From a virus (taxonomy: Duplodnaviria; Caudoviricetes), in IMG/VR virus record IMGVR_UViG_3300027749_000034: a DNA stretch of 64,000 nt. The stretch is one strand, 5' to 3'. The stretch's first letter is position 1, and each line of letters begins with the position of its first letter. The translations under genes were made by a program, and so were the position numbers. Under the pieces are notes generated by a model. It did not search any database, was not told the DNA's origin, and saw nothing but the letters and a program-made list of their open reading frames with translations. Shown piece by piece: positions 36,581 through 46,188 of the stretch.

Positions 36581-39229
36581 ATGTTCATTGACGCATATCA
36601 CGATAAGAAAAAAGAAATCATCCATGTTGTAGAACGAGTGGATGGCAAGAGGGTGCTCAAAGAGTATCCAGCAAAGTATGTCTTGTACTATCCTGACAAC
36701 AAAGGCAAGTTCACTGACATTGCTGGCAACAGAGTCAGCCGAGTGCTTTTGAGCAATGCCACAGCATTTGACAAAGAACGGCGTATTCACAGCAACAAAA
36801 AGTTATGTGAAAGCGACTATAGACCGTTGAATCGATGTCTAGAAGAAATCTATGGCGGTCAAGAAGCACCTAAACTTCATGTTGCATTTTTTGACATTGA
36901 GGTTGCATACGATAAGGTCAAGGGCTTTGCTGATCCCAGTGATCCTTTTAATACCATTACAGCAATCACAGTACACCTGGGGTGGCTAGACAGGACTGTT
37001 ACACTGGTTCTCAAGCCAGATGCAATGCCACAGCCACAGGCTGAGGACATTGTTAAACGATTTGATGATACAATCTTGTGTTCCAATGAAAAAGAAATGT
37101 TGGAAATGTTTCTTGACTTGATTGATGATGCAGATGTAATGAGTGGCTGGAACAGTGAAGGATTTGATATCCCATACACTACAAATCGTATCAGCCGTGT
37201 ACTGAGCAAAGAACAAACACGCAAGTTTTGCTTGTGGGATCAGTTTCCTAAAAAGCGAGAGTTTGAAAAGTATGGCAGAACATTGGAAACTTACGATCCA
37301 ATTGGTCGAGTTCACCTGGACTATCTTGAACTGTATCGCAAGTACAACTATCACGAGATGCATACCTATCGCTTGGATGCCATTGGTGAGTACGAGATTG
37401 GTGAAAAGAAAATACCATATGAAGGCTCATTGGATCAGTTGTACAATAATGATTTTGAAAAGTTTATTGCCTACAACAGACAAGACGTCATCTTGCTTAA
37501 AAAATTAGATGCCAAGTTGCAATTTATTGAACTTACTAATCTTATTAGTCATGCCAATACCGTTGGACTTCGTGCAACATTGGGTGCGGTGGCAGTTACA
37601 GACCAAGCAGTCATCAATGAGGCACATGGTCTAGGTATGGTGGTTCCAGATCGTCCACGGCGCAGTGAAGATGCCAAGGACAATGCCGCGGCAGGTGCGT
37701 ATGTTGCTGTGCCCAAAGCAGGCATGCATGAGTGGATCGGAAGTATGGACATTAACAGTCTGTATCCATCTCTAATTCGTGCGCTGAACATGAGCCCAGA
37801 AACCATTGTTGGTCAAGTTAGACAGACACGCACACTGGCCGGTATTGATGACAGCATTGCTTCTGGTCGGGGTATTGCAGACTTTTGGGATGGCAAGTTT
37901 GCTTGCTACGAGTATGAAAGTGTAATGGCCAGGGACATTGGACAAACTGAAACAGTTGATTGGGCTGATGGAACCAGTACACAAATGAGTTCTGCACAAG
38001 TGTACGATTATGTATTCCTTAGTGGACAACCTTTGATTATCAGTGGCAACGGTACAATCTTTAACTATACCAACAAAGGTATCATACCTGGACTGCTAGA
38101 GCGTTGGTACGCCGAGCGTAAAGAATTACAAAAGAAACTCAAAGAAGCAACGACTCCTGAAGAGGTTGAGTTTTGGGACAAACGGCAGTTGGTTAAGAAA
38201 ATTAACTTGAACTCTGCGTATGGTGCGTTGTTGAATGCAGGTTCGAGGTTCTTTGATCAACGACTAGGACAAAGTACTACCTTATGCGGTCGGCTTGTTG
38301 CCAGACACATGGCAGGAAGTGTCAACGACAGCCTAACTGGAGAGCATGATCACACAGGTAAAGCAATTATCTATGGTGACACTGACTCTGTTTACTTCAG
38401 TGCATATCCCATCTTCAAAGAACAAATTGAGAATGGTCAATTTGAATGGACCAAAGAAAAGATCATTGAACTGTATGATGCAATAAGCGAACAGGTAAAT
38501 GATACCTTTCCGGCATTTATGAATACCGCATTTAATTGTCCACAAGCCCAGGGTGAGATTATCAAAGCAGGTCGAGAACTGGTTGCCAGCAAAGGCATCT
38601 ACATGACCAAGAAGCGTTATGCTGTTCTTATCTTTGACAAGGAAGGCAAGCGCAAAGATACAAATGGATCACTGGGCGAACTGAAAGCCATGGGTCTGGA
38701 CATGAAGCGAGCAGACACTCCAGAGTTCATGCAACGGTTCTTGGAAGAAGCATTGACTATGACCCTGGAAGGTAAAACTGAATATGAGGTCATGGCCCGT
38801 GTCAAACAGTTCCGTGAGGAGTTCAAGAGCAGACCTGGTTGGGAAAAGGGCACCCCCAAGCGTGTGAACAATCTAACTAAACATACTGCTGTTTACGAAA
38901 AGACTGGCAAGTGCGGAGTTGGTCATGCCATGGCGGCCATCAACTGGAATCGATTCAAGCAGGCGCACAGTGACAACCGAAGTATGGAAATAACGGATGG
39001 TCAAAAAGCCATTGTTTGTAAACTGAGATCCAACAACTACAACATAACATCTATTGCTTATCCAATTGACGAATTGAATCTTCCAGATTGGTTTAAGCTA
39101 TTACCATTTGATCATACTGCAATGGAAGAAACCATCATTGACAGTAAGATTGAAAACTTGCTAGGTGTATTACATTGGGACTTGAACCAAAGTAAGGACC
39201 GAGGCTTTATCGATGACTTGTTTTCTTAA
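36581..39229 (+). CDS. Family B DNA polymerase (T4 gp43-like)
   Basis: Exonuclease motifs FFDIEV, WNSEGFDIPY, YNRQD; polymerase motifs DINSLYPS, KINLNSAYG, YGDTDS, KKRY; no intein. Confidence 0.96.
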   Translation: MFIDAYHDKKKEIIHVVERVDGKRVLKEYPAKYVLYYPDNKGKFTDIAGNRVSRVLLSNATAFDKERRIHSNKKLCESDYRPLNRCLEEIYGGQEAPKLHVAFFDIEVAYDKVKGFADPSDPFNTITAITVHLGWLDRTVTLVLKPDAMPQPQAEDIVKRFDDTILCSNEKEMLEMFLDLIDDADVMSGWNSEGFDIPYTTNRISRVLSKEQTRKFCLWDQFPKKREFEKYGRTLETYDPIGRVHLDYLELYRKYNYHEMHTYRLDAIGEYEIGEKKIPYEGSLDQLYNNDFEKFIAYNRQDVILLKKLDAKLQFIELTNLISHANTVGLRATLGAVAVTDQAVINEAHGLGMVVPDRPRRSEDAKDNAAAGAYVAVPKAGMHEWIGSMDINSLYPSLIRALNMSPETIVGQVRQTRTLAGIDDSIASGRGIADFWDGKFACYEYESVMARDIGQTETVDWADGTSTQMSSAQVYDYVFLSGQPLIISGNGTIFNYTNKGIIPGLLERWYAERKELQKKLKEATTPEEVEFWDKRQLVKKINLNSAYGALLNAGSRFFDQRLGQSTTLCGRLVARHMAGSVNDSLTGEHDHTGKAIIYGDTDSVYFSAYPIFKEQIENGQFEWTKEKIIELYDAISEQVNDTFPAFMNTAFNCPQAQGEIIKAGRELVASKGIYMTKKRYAVLIFDKEGKRKDTNGSLGELKAMGLDMKRADTPEFMQRFLEEALTMTLEGKTEYEVMARVKQFREEFKSRPGWEKGTPKRVNNLTKHTAVYEKTGKCGVGHAMAAINWNRFKQAHSDNRSMEITDGQKAIVCKLRSNNYNITSIAYPIDELNLPDWFKLLPFDHTAMEETIIDSKIENLLGVLHWDLNQSKDRGFIDDLFS

Positions 39230-39245
39230 AACGGAGAACAAGCAG

Positions 39246-39274
39246 TTGACTTTAGATCTAAATCTAACTACAAT
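39246..39274 (+). promoter_or_regulatory. Sigma70-like promoter with palindromic spacer
   Basis: TTGACT, 17 nt, TACAAT; spacer TTAGAT-CTAA-ATCTAA. Confidence 0.7.
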
Positions 39275-39294
39275 AGTAACATTAACGGAGAAAC

Positions 39295-40032
39295 ATGACA
39301 ATGCTAAAAGACATTACGCTTGATGTAGCAAAAAACATCGCAGGACTAGGAATCTTTGAAGAGATCCTGGTTGAACAAGAACCAAACAGTACAAAATTTA
39401 CTGCGTATCCGGAAGATTCATTGCTGACTGTACTTGCCAACAGCAAGGACAAGGTCACAGAGTTTCCTGAGGCATGCGGCATGCTTAACTTGGGCTTCTT
39501 TGTTGGCTTGACAAACTTATACAAAGATCCAGATGTTACAAAAAAGTGTAATGTCACAGTTGGATCAAACAACAAAGGTGATGTTGATCGTTTGGCATTC
39601 AACAATGCAGACGGCAACAATGACGAATATCGTTTGACGCCAACTAACCTGATGAAGACCAAGAGTCGTAGTTTTAACGGCACAACTTGGGAAGTAGTTG
39701 TTAGTCCACAAGCAAATAAAATCAGTGAGCTGAGCCAGCGCGGTACATTGTATGCCACCATTGACCCAAATTTAACTGCAAGCACAGAGAATGGCAAGTT
39801 GGTTTTTAGCTTTGGTGGAAGTGCTGGTGGTGGTCATGCAGGTAAGTTTGTATTTGCTGACACTACACAAACCTTGAAGCGTCCAGTATCCTTGTCAATT
39901 CAGGCTTTGTTAACTGCATTTAAAATGTGTAGCCAAGGCACACCGGTGTTGAGCATCAGTGAGCGAGCTACCAAGGTTGAATTTAACAGTGGCTTAATTG
40001 CTTACGAATACATTACTCCAACACAGAAGTAA
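39295..40032 (+). CDS. Probable DNA sliding clamp (gp45/PCNA-like)
   Basis: About 245 aa, beta-rich two-domain pattern, directly after the DNA polymerase; inferred from size, position and pattern. Confidence 0.55.
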   Translation: MTMLKDITLDVAKNIAGLGIFEEILVEQEPNSTKFTAYPEDSLLTVLANSKDKVTEFPEACGMLNLGFFVGLTNLYKDPDVTKKCNVTVGSNNKGDVDRLAFNNADGNNDEYRLTPTNLMKTKSRSFNGTTWEVVVSPQANKISELSQRGTLYATIDPNLTASTENGKLVFSFGGSAGGGHAGKFVFADTTQTLKRPVSLSIQALLTAFKMCSQGTPVLSISERATKVEFNSGLIAYEYITPTQK

Positions 40033-40036
40033 GAAT

Positions 40037-41596
40037 ATGCCAAGTAAAAAAAGTAAAGTTGACTTGTGGGCTAAGAATGAAGACTATGCAGTTTTCTTGC
40101 CTAGTATCTCATCTTTTTACAATACCATTATTAGTAAAGAACGAAACGAGCCCGGCGTTAGTGTAAAAGCTGACCGTGTTCCAAAAGAATTTGAAAATGG
40201 TATTGAGGGTATGAACTTCCTTAACAAGGAACAAGCATACTTTTACTATCCTTATGCACTATATTCTGCGGGCCATGCACAGCTGGATCTCAAGAAGACT
40301 GACAAAGAAGAAGCAATGGTTCAACAACGAGATCGCAAGAATACTTTTATTCTAGGCGACTCTGGTGGATTCCAAATTGCAAAAGGTGTCATCAAGTTTG
40401 ACTGGGAAAACTTTATGGAGAAGCCAGGTGATGCTGGCTACAAAGGTTCTGCAGACAAGACTCGCGGCGCAATTTTAAATTGGTTAGAGCATACTGCTGA
40501 CTATTCGATGGTATTGGATATTCCAACCTGGGCGGCACGACCACCACTGAACGAACGCACTGGTCTAAAGTCATTCCAACAATGTTTGGATGGCACACTT
40601 TACAACAATGCATGGTTCTTGGCCAATCGACAAAACAAAACAAAGTTTCTAAATGTGTTACAGGGTAGTAACAATGAAGAAGCAGACATTTGGTACGACA
40701 ATGTTAAACACTTCCCATTTGAAGGTTGGGCAATGGGTGGTAACAACATGCAAGACGCACACTTGGTTCTCCGTAGACTAATTCAAATGCGTGACGAAGG
40801 TATGTTGGCGCCAGGTAAGGATGTCATTCACTTCTTGGGCACAAGTCGTTTAGAATGGACAATTTTCTTAACTGCAATTCAGCGAGCATTGCGAGAACAT
40901 GTCAATCCAAACATGCTAGTAACATATGATTGTGCAAGTCCATTTGTTTCTGTGGCATACGGACTAAGCTATACACAACATGTGCATAGCAATGATCGCT
41001 TTACCTATGTGATGGAAAAGGCTGTGGATAACCGAGACCTAAGTGGATCTAAAATTCCATGGCCTTGGAACAGTCCAATCGGTGAACGCTTGACCATGGG
41101 CGATGTGTGCTATTACAAACCAGGTCAAGAAAATAAAAATGGTAAGGTTTCAAGAACAAGTTGGGACACATTCAGTTATAGTCTTATTATGGGCCATAAT
41201 GTTTACCAACACATTGAAAGTGTACAGCGAGCCAACACACTTGCTGACATTGCACACAAGTTGAATCGTCCAGACCCAGCCGAATGGCGCAAAGGTCGGC
41301 AAAGAAGTCAGGAAGGACAGGTTGACTTATGGGTACCTCGTAATGTATTATACATAATGGAACTAGTAGATCAAGTGTTTAGAGTTGAGAACCCATATGA
41401 ATTGTTAGAACAAAGTTCTGCATTGCTAAGTGAGTTCTCTGGACGCAAGACTCGTAAGAGTGGTGCAGAAGCTGTGCATGATATTTTTACCACTGGTGAT
41501 GGTACCAGTGCAAATGAAATGGCAGAAGGTGGAGAGTTTGATGATATGAACGATCCTAAACTAACTGAACTTGAACAATCGCTTAAGGATGAATGA
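40037..41596 (+). CDS. dpdA: DpdA-type 7-deazaguanine DNA transglycosylase (TGT fold)
   Basis: LGDSGGFQ, MVLDIP, NVLQG, GWAMGG, IHFLG and TYDCASP match TGT/DpdA catalytic motifs; FolE and QueE lie nearby. Confidence 0.82.
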   Translation: MPSKKSKVDLWAKNEDYAVFLPSISSFYNTIISKERNEPGVSVKADRVPKEFENGIEGMNFLNKEQAYFYYPYALYSAGHAQLDLKKTDKEEAMVQQRDRKNTFILGDSGGFQIAKGVIKFDWENFMEKPGDAGYKGSADKTRGAILNWLEHTADYSMVLDIPTWAARPPLNERTGLKSFQQCLDGTLYNNAWFLANRQNKTKFLNVLQGSNNEEADIWYDNVKHFPFEGWAMGGNNMQDAHLVLRRLIQMRDEGMLAPGKDVIHFLGTSRLEWTIFLTAIQRALREHVNPNMLVTYDCASPFVSVAYGLSYTQHVHSNDRFTYVMEKAVDNRDLSGSKIPWPWNSPIGERLTMGDVCYYKPGQENKNGKVSRTSWDTFSYSLIMGHNVYQHIESVQRANTLADIAHKLNRPDPAEWRKGRQRSQEGQVDLWVPRNVLYIMELVDQVFRVENPYELLEQSSALLSEFSGRKTRKSGAEAVHDIFTTGDGTSANEMAEGGEFDDMNDPKLTELEQSLKDE

Positions 41597-42114
41597 TGTC
41601 TATTGATCGCGTTGCACCGGACTTCTTTACTGGCATTGAAGTTGAACACAGCCCTGCACTTGGAATGAATACACTATTTGTAGTTGGTATCCATCCTGGT
41701 GAGGAAATTGTAAAACTTGCCAAAGAGAAAAAGATTGGTCACATTTACATTGGTGCTAATATGAGTCTGCACCATGTGGAAAATGACAATCACGATGTTT
41801 GGCGATCAATTGACGACATGATCAATAAGGTGCTTGAAGATCAGAGTATTCACTATGTCACAGTTGATATACAGCTAAGTCAAGTTGAGGGATTTTTAGA
41901 AAGTATGGCCAGTGACGAACATCGCGTCATTCCAATGATTTCGGCCAAACTACCATACACTAGATTGCTTAACTACAATACAACCGTTAAAATCGACGAT
42001 AAAGGTTTTAACAAAACGAATCCTGGGGTGTGGTGCGTTCCTTTAAGTGACTTAACTGATAGGAAGTATTTTACTCCGTGGATAGCCTACCAAGGCGATA
42101 GCCCTGTTAATTAA
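41593..42114 (+). CDS. Hypothetical protein translationally coupled to dpdA
   Basis: ATGA overlap with the dpdA stop; no recognised motif. Confidence 0.65.
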   Translation: MMSIDRVAPDFFTGIEVEHSPALGMNTLFVVGIHPGEEIVKLAKEKKIGHIYIGANMSLHHVENDNHDVWRSIDDMINKVLEDQSIHYVTVDIQLSQVEGFLESMASDEHRVIPMISAKLPYTRLLNYNTTVKIDDKGFNKTNPGVWCVPLSDLTDRKYFTPWIAYQGDSPVN

Positions 42115-42130
42115 ATTTAAGGAAAATGAA

Positions 42131-42352
42131 ATGAACGACGAAGTCAAGGTTGGTAATTTTACTAAACCAATTAAGCGACCAGTTCCAAAAACTGCTGGCG
42201 CACCTGTTAGAGAAGAAGCACCTGAGACAGCTGTAGGTGGAGATGCTGGGATTGCTGATCTTAACAAAAAAATGGACAAGCTTTTAGAATTTGCTCAGGC
42301 AATTGACTGGAAGTTGTGGGTCTACTTAAAAGCAAATAATTACATCGAGTAA
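42131..42352 (+). CDS. Hypothetical protein
   Basis: AAGGA SD; C-terminal helix. Confidence 0.6.
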   Translation: MNDEVKVGNFTKPIKRPVPKTAGAPVREEAPETAVGGDAGIADLNKKMDKLLEFAQAIDWKLWVYLKANNYIE

Positions 42353-42361
42353 AGGAATAAC

Positions 42362-42733
42362 ATGTCACAAGACATGATTTGGGTTACCTTTCGTAAGGAA
42401 GGCATTCATAGGTATCCGGCTGCACTTACGGATGCTAAATTGGCAACAGGTGACGAGTATGATGTTTCTTTTTTAGGACATCCTCATCGACACATGTTCC
42501 ACTTTAAAGTGTATCTCGAAGTCTTCCATGACGATAGAGATGTGGAGTTTATTCAGTTCAAGCGTTGGTTGGAGAATTTATATAACCAAGGAACACTTGA
42601 GTTGAATCACAAGTCCTGCGAAATGATGGCAGATGACCTACATGGTCAAATCTCATCAAAGTACACAGATCGTAAAATTTGGATTGAAATTTCGGAGGAT
42701 GGCGAAAATGGATGCCTCAAACAATACTCTTGA
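42362..42733 (+). CDS. QueD-paralog T-fold protein with LxxxHRHxF motif (DpdL-like candidate CDG decarboxylase)
   Basis: EGIH near the N-terminus, FLGHPHRHMF, DRDVEFIQFK, HKSCE; HRH replaces the canonical QueD CxxxHGH. Confidence 0.7.
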   Translation: MSQDMIWVTFRKEGIHRYPAALTDAKLATGDEYDVSFLGHPHRHMFHFKVYLEVFHDDRDVEFIQFKRWLENLYNQGTLELNHKSCEMMADDLHGQISSKYTDRKIWIEISEDGENGCLKQYS

Positions 42734-43169
42734 CAATCGCGTTCGTTTTGAACGCAAAGATCGCGGAAACTATAATCCGCAGTACCAGGCTCGCCGAGCT
42801 GGACTTAACATCAACCACATCAAGTTTGACTTGCTAAAAATTAGCGAGTTATATGACGGTGTGTTGACAGCAGAGCTAGGGCACTTGCCACTAGCGTTCT
42901 ACAATCAGTATCTTACTGATCTGTGCCATGCTGGTATGATCTATGGTTATGCCATTGACTTGCCAGAAATGCGTAGGCATGAGCCAACAGGTGATCGCAG
43001 TTTCACCTACACTATCAATGTGCAAAGTGCAGTTGATCGTGCAAACAAGGCACTTAAAATCCATGTGGGATTTTATAAGAGTGCATGGGCAGGTGAAACT
43101 GTGCATACCGAAGATGGTATGTGCTGTATGCCTAATCGCTTGGATCGCGATGAGGTAGTAAATGCGTAA
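42708..43169 (+). CDS. Hypothetical protein
   Basis: GGAGG SD 9 nt before ATG 42708; overlaps both neighbours. Confidence 0.55.
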   Translation: MDASNNTLDNRVRFERKDRGNYNPQYQARRAGLNINHIKFDLLKISELYDGVLTAELGHLPLAFYNQYLTDLCHAGMIYGYAIDLPEMRRHEPTGDRSFTYTINVQSAVDRANKALKIHVGFYKSAWAGETVHTEDGMCCMPNRLDRDEVVNA

Positions 43170-44340
43170 GCTCTTTTATATGGGCTTGGAGCCCTATGAA
43201 GGAAGATACACCCTTCAACTCCAGCAATGGAATGAAGCGGTGTTCAAACGCCGGGGCATTGACTATGTGTTAGTACCCGGCAGTACCATTGACAATACCA
43301 AAGCAATCAGTGTTGGTCAAGTGTTAGACGCACATGGTCGCAGTTACTTTGGTATGAGCCAGATGATGAATCTGGTGCAGATGATGCGCCGTGGTGATGT
43401 CACCAGTGAAGATGTCATCTACTTTGAAGACATGTTTCAACCCGGCATTGAAAGCTTGCCTTACATTCTAGATCAAGTGCCTGCCAACTTGCGACCACGC
43501 ATATATGTTCGTTGTCTGGCCCAGGCCATTGACCCAGATGACTTTGTGCATGTATGGGGTATGAGCAAATGGATGAGTACATATGAACAAATGGTCAATT
43601 GTTTTGTCACAGGTGTACTTGCTACAAATGAAGAGATGGTTGCCCATATGCGTATTGCTAATTGGACTGCTCCTATCTATAACATTAGCGGTCTAGCATA
43701 TGGCAAAGAAGAAGTTCTTGGCCGAGTTAATAATAAAGTTAAGTCCTGGTCTGAAAGAGCTCATCGTGTTGTATTTGCCGCAAGGTTTGACCAAGAGAAG
43801 CAACCAGACTTCTTTATGGATCTCATTGAGAAGTGGCATGCCGAACAACCTGACAATCCAGTTGAGTTTGCTGTATTAAGTGGTGGACCATTGCGTAGTA
43901 ACAATCCCAAATACTTAGAGCGTGCCTATAAAATGGCGGCACAGGGAAAACTCAAGATTTATGAGGACCTTAATAAAAATGAGTACTATAATATTGTCAA
44001 CGATAGTCGTGTGCTGTTTAATTGTGCTTTACAAGACTGGGTTTCAAACACCGTCAGCGAGGCCGACACTCTTGGCTGTAATGTTTTGTATCCTGCTTAT
44101 CGTAGTTTTCCAGAAACATTCGCCAATGATCATACCAGACTATATGTTCCTTGGTCGTTAGATGATGCCATACAAAAACTTCGAGTTCAGTTATCTGGTG
44201 TTCATGTCAATCAAGGCAAGATTAGTGATTGGAACAATGGCACTATCGACCGTGTGCTAGATATCATGCAAGGCACAGGTGAACAATGGAATCGGGCCGG
44301 TAACAGATATCGTGACCATATTGCAGAGGCAAAGTACTAA
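43162..44340 (+). CDS. GT-B fold glycosyltransferase (GT4-like)
   Basis: VFAARFDQEK donor-binding loop; LQDWVSNTVSEADTLGCNVLYP C-terminal nucleotide-binding motif. Confidence 0.75.
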   Translation: MRKLFYMGLEPYEGRYTLQLQQWNEAVFKRRGIDYVLVPGSTIDNTKAISVGQVLDAHGRSYFGMSQMMNLVQMMRRGDVTSEDVIYFEDMFQPGIESLPYILDQVPANLRPRIYVRCLAQAIDPDDFVHVWGMSKWMSTYEQMVNCFVTGVLATNEEMVAHMRIANWTAPIYNISGLAYGKEEVLGRVNNKVKSWSERAHRVVFAARFDQEKQPDFFMDLIEKWHAEQPDNPVEFAVLSGGPLRSNNPKYLERAYKMAAQGKLKIYEDLNKNEYYNIVNDSRVLFNCALQDWVSNTVSEADTLGCNVLYPAYRSFPETFANDHTRLYVPWSLDDAIQKLRVQLSGVHVNQGKISDWNNGTIDRVLDIMQGTGEQWNRAGNRYRDHIAEAKY

Positions 44341-45329
44341 TGGAAAAATGGGTAGCTATAACAGGGTGTAATGGTTACATTGGTGGGCAGACTGTTTTAA
44401 AATTCAAAGATGCTGGTTACAATGTCATTGGTGTAGACCGCAACAATACTGCTCCTTGGATTACAGAAAGAGTCGATCGTTATATCAACGGTGACTTTAA
44501 CAATCCAATGTTTACCAGTTTGATTATACAAAACAATCCTGTTGCATTGATACACATTGCCGGAACCAGTCTAGTGGGACCAAGCATACAAGATCCAGCA
44601 CCCTATTATTTAAATAATGTTGGTAATACTGCCAACATGTTGGGAATGTTGGCTCGCAATGGCTGGAACAAGACTGTGGTCTTCTCAGGTAGTGCCGCCA
44701 TCTATGGAAACCCCGGAGCCCATTCTATCACAGAAGAAACTCCTCGACTTCCAATCAGTCCATATGGACACAGTAAACTTATGGCAGAGCAGGTATTAAG
44801 AGATTGTGCATTTGGATATGGATTCAAAACTATATCGTTGCGATACTTCAATGCTTGTGGTGCAGACAACATGGTCAGGCATGGTCAATTGAAAAAGGCA
44901 ACGCACCTAATTGCTAAAATTATGGAAAGTATTGTCAACCAAGATGTGTTTACTTTAAACGGCACAAACTATTCTACTCCCGACGGTACTTGCATTAGAG
45001 ACTATTTGCATGTTGAAGATATTGCCAATGCTCATTACCTGTCAACCATGTATGCAGAAACCATGGAAGTACCCAGTGTTGAGTTTAATCTAGGAACTGG
45101 TAAAGGTGTTAGCATTAGAGAAATTATTTCCAGTGTTGAACGCATTACTGGAAAAACTGTTTTGGTACATACTGGCGGTGCAAGAGCCGGCGATCCTGAA
45201 GTACTGGTTGCAAGTTCTAACAAAATTAAAATGCAAATGGGATGGGTACCAGAGAACAGCAAGATTGATAATATTGTGCGTAGTGCATGGGATTGGTACA
45301 ACTCAGTAGAATTTAAGAGTCGAGCATGA
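44340..45329 (+). CDS. galE: UDP-glucose 4-epimerase
   Basis: ITGCNGYIGG, HIAG, YGHSK (YxxxK), LRYFNACGAD, GTCIRDYLHVED, RAGDP. Confidence 0.9.
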   Translation: MEKWVAITGCNGYIGGQTVLKFKDAGYNVIGVDRNNTAPWITERVDRYINGDFNNPMFTSLIIQNNPVALIHIAGTSLVGPSIQDPAPYYLNNVGNTANMLGMLARNGWNKTVVFSGSAAIYGNPGAHSITEETPRLPISPYGHSKLMAEQVLRDCAFGYGFKTISLRYFNACGADNMVRHGQLKKATHLIAKIMESIVNQDVFTLNGTNYSTPDGTCIRDYLHVEDIANAHYLSTMYAETMEVPSVEFNLGTGKGVSIREIISSVERITGKTVLVHTGGARAGDPEVLVASSNKIKMQMGWVPENSKIDNIVRSAWDWYNSVEFKSRA

Positions 45330-45754
45330 AAGTAGGTTTCACTTGTTCAACCTTTGATTTGCTACATGCTGGCCATGTTTCCATGTTACAAGAAGCAAAG
45401 ACCAAATGCGACTACTTAATTTGTGGATTGCAAAATGATCCAACGCTGGATCGTGTCACAAAGAATAAACCTGTACAGACCATTGTAGAACGACAGATGC
45501 AACTCAAAGGCAGTCGTTATGTTGACGAAGTGTGGGTCTACAACACAGAAAAAGATCTAGAAGATCTACTATTAACATTACCTATTAATGTGCGTATACT
45601 AGGAGTTGAATATGAAAACAAAGAATTCACTGGTAGAGAAATTTGTCACAAGCGTAATATTGATCTATATTTTAATGGTCGTGATCACAGTTTTAGTTCA
45701 AGCAGTTTAAGAAAACGAGTGTACGAGGCACAGATACAAAAGGAACAACAATGA
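45326..45754 (+). CDS. Cytidylyltransferase (TagD/glycerol-3-phosphate CTase-like)
   Basis: TFDLLHAGH, ER..QL..SRYVDE, RDHSFSSSSL. Confidence 0.88.
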   Translation: MKVGFTCSTFDLLHAGHVSMLQEAKTKCDYLICGLQNDPTLDRVTKNKPVQTIVERQMQLKGSRYVDEVWVYNTEKDLEDLLLTLPINVRILGVEYENKEFTGREICHKRNIDLYFNGRDHSFSSSSLRKRVYEAQIQKEQQ

Positions 45755-46188
45755 AAATCAATGAATTAGAGAATGGCATCACAGATGCTTGGTTTAAACA
45801 AGGTGGCTTTGAAACATTCAAAAAACCAATTCCGGTGCCGTATACCATTGCCAATAGTGACGGAGTCACACAAACATTGGAAGGTCCAGTAGAGCACAAG
45901 GCAGGACATTACATCATGGGTCCGGGTCCTAAGAAAGAATTTTGGCCGTTGGAACCTGAAAATTTTCATGATAAGTACGATGACAATGGTGACGGTACAG
46001 GAACTCCCAAGGGCGGTGTAACTAAATTGGCCAAGTTAGCAGATCACAATGGTGTCATCAAAGCCACATGGGGTGACTTGAACTATACCACAGGCAATGA
46101 CTATATTGTACGGCATGGTCCAAACGACTACGGTGTGGTAAAGAAAGATATCTTTGCTCAAACTTACGATACATCACAGGAAAAATAA
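45751..46188 (+). CDS. Protein with tandem PGDYG-like modules and CTS-like N-terminus
   Basis: Two repeats, GHYIMGPG..EFWPL....FHDKYD and NDYIVRHG..DYGVV..DIFAQTYD; starts MKINELE. Confidence 0.55.
   Translation: MKINELENGITDAWFKQGGFETFKKPIPVPYTIANSDGVTQTLEGPVEHKAGHYIMGPGPKKEFWPLEPENFHDKYDDNGDGTGTPKGGVTKLAKLADHNGVIKATWGDLNYTTGNDYIVRHGPNDYGVVKKDIFAQTYDTSQEK

Noticed and set aside
36581-39229. Intein or intron in the DNA polymerase
   Set aside because: 882 aa with normally spaced motifs; no intein splice-junction or homing-endonuclease signature seen.
40037-41596. Ordinary tRNA-guanine transglycosylase (Tgt) for queuosine
   Set aside because: It is much longer and more divergent, lacks the C-terminal CxCxxC Zn site of bacterial Tgt, and sits in the replication operon, which favours DNA-acting DpdA.
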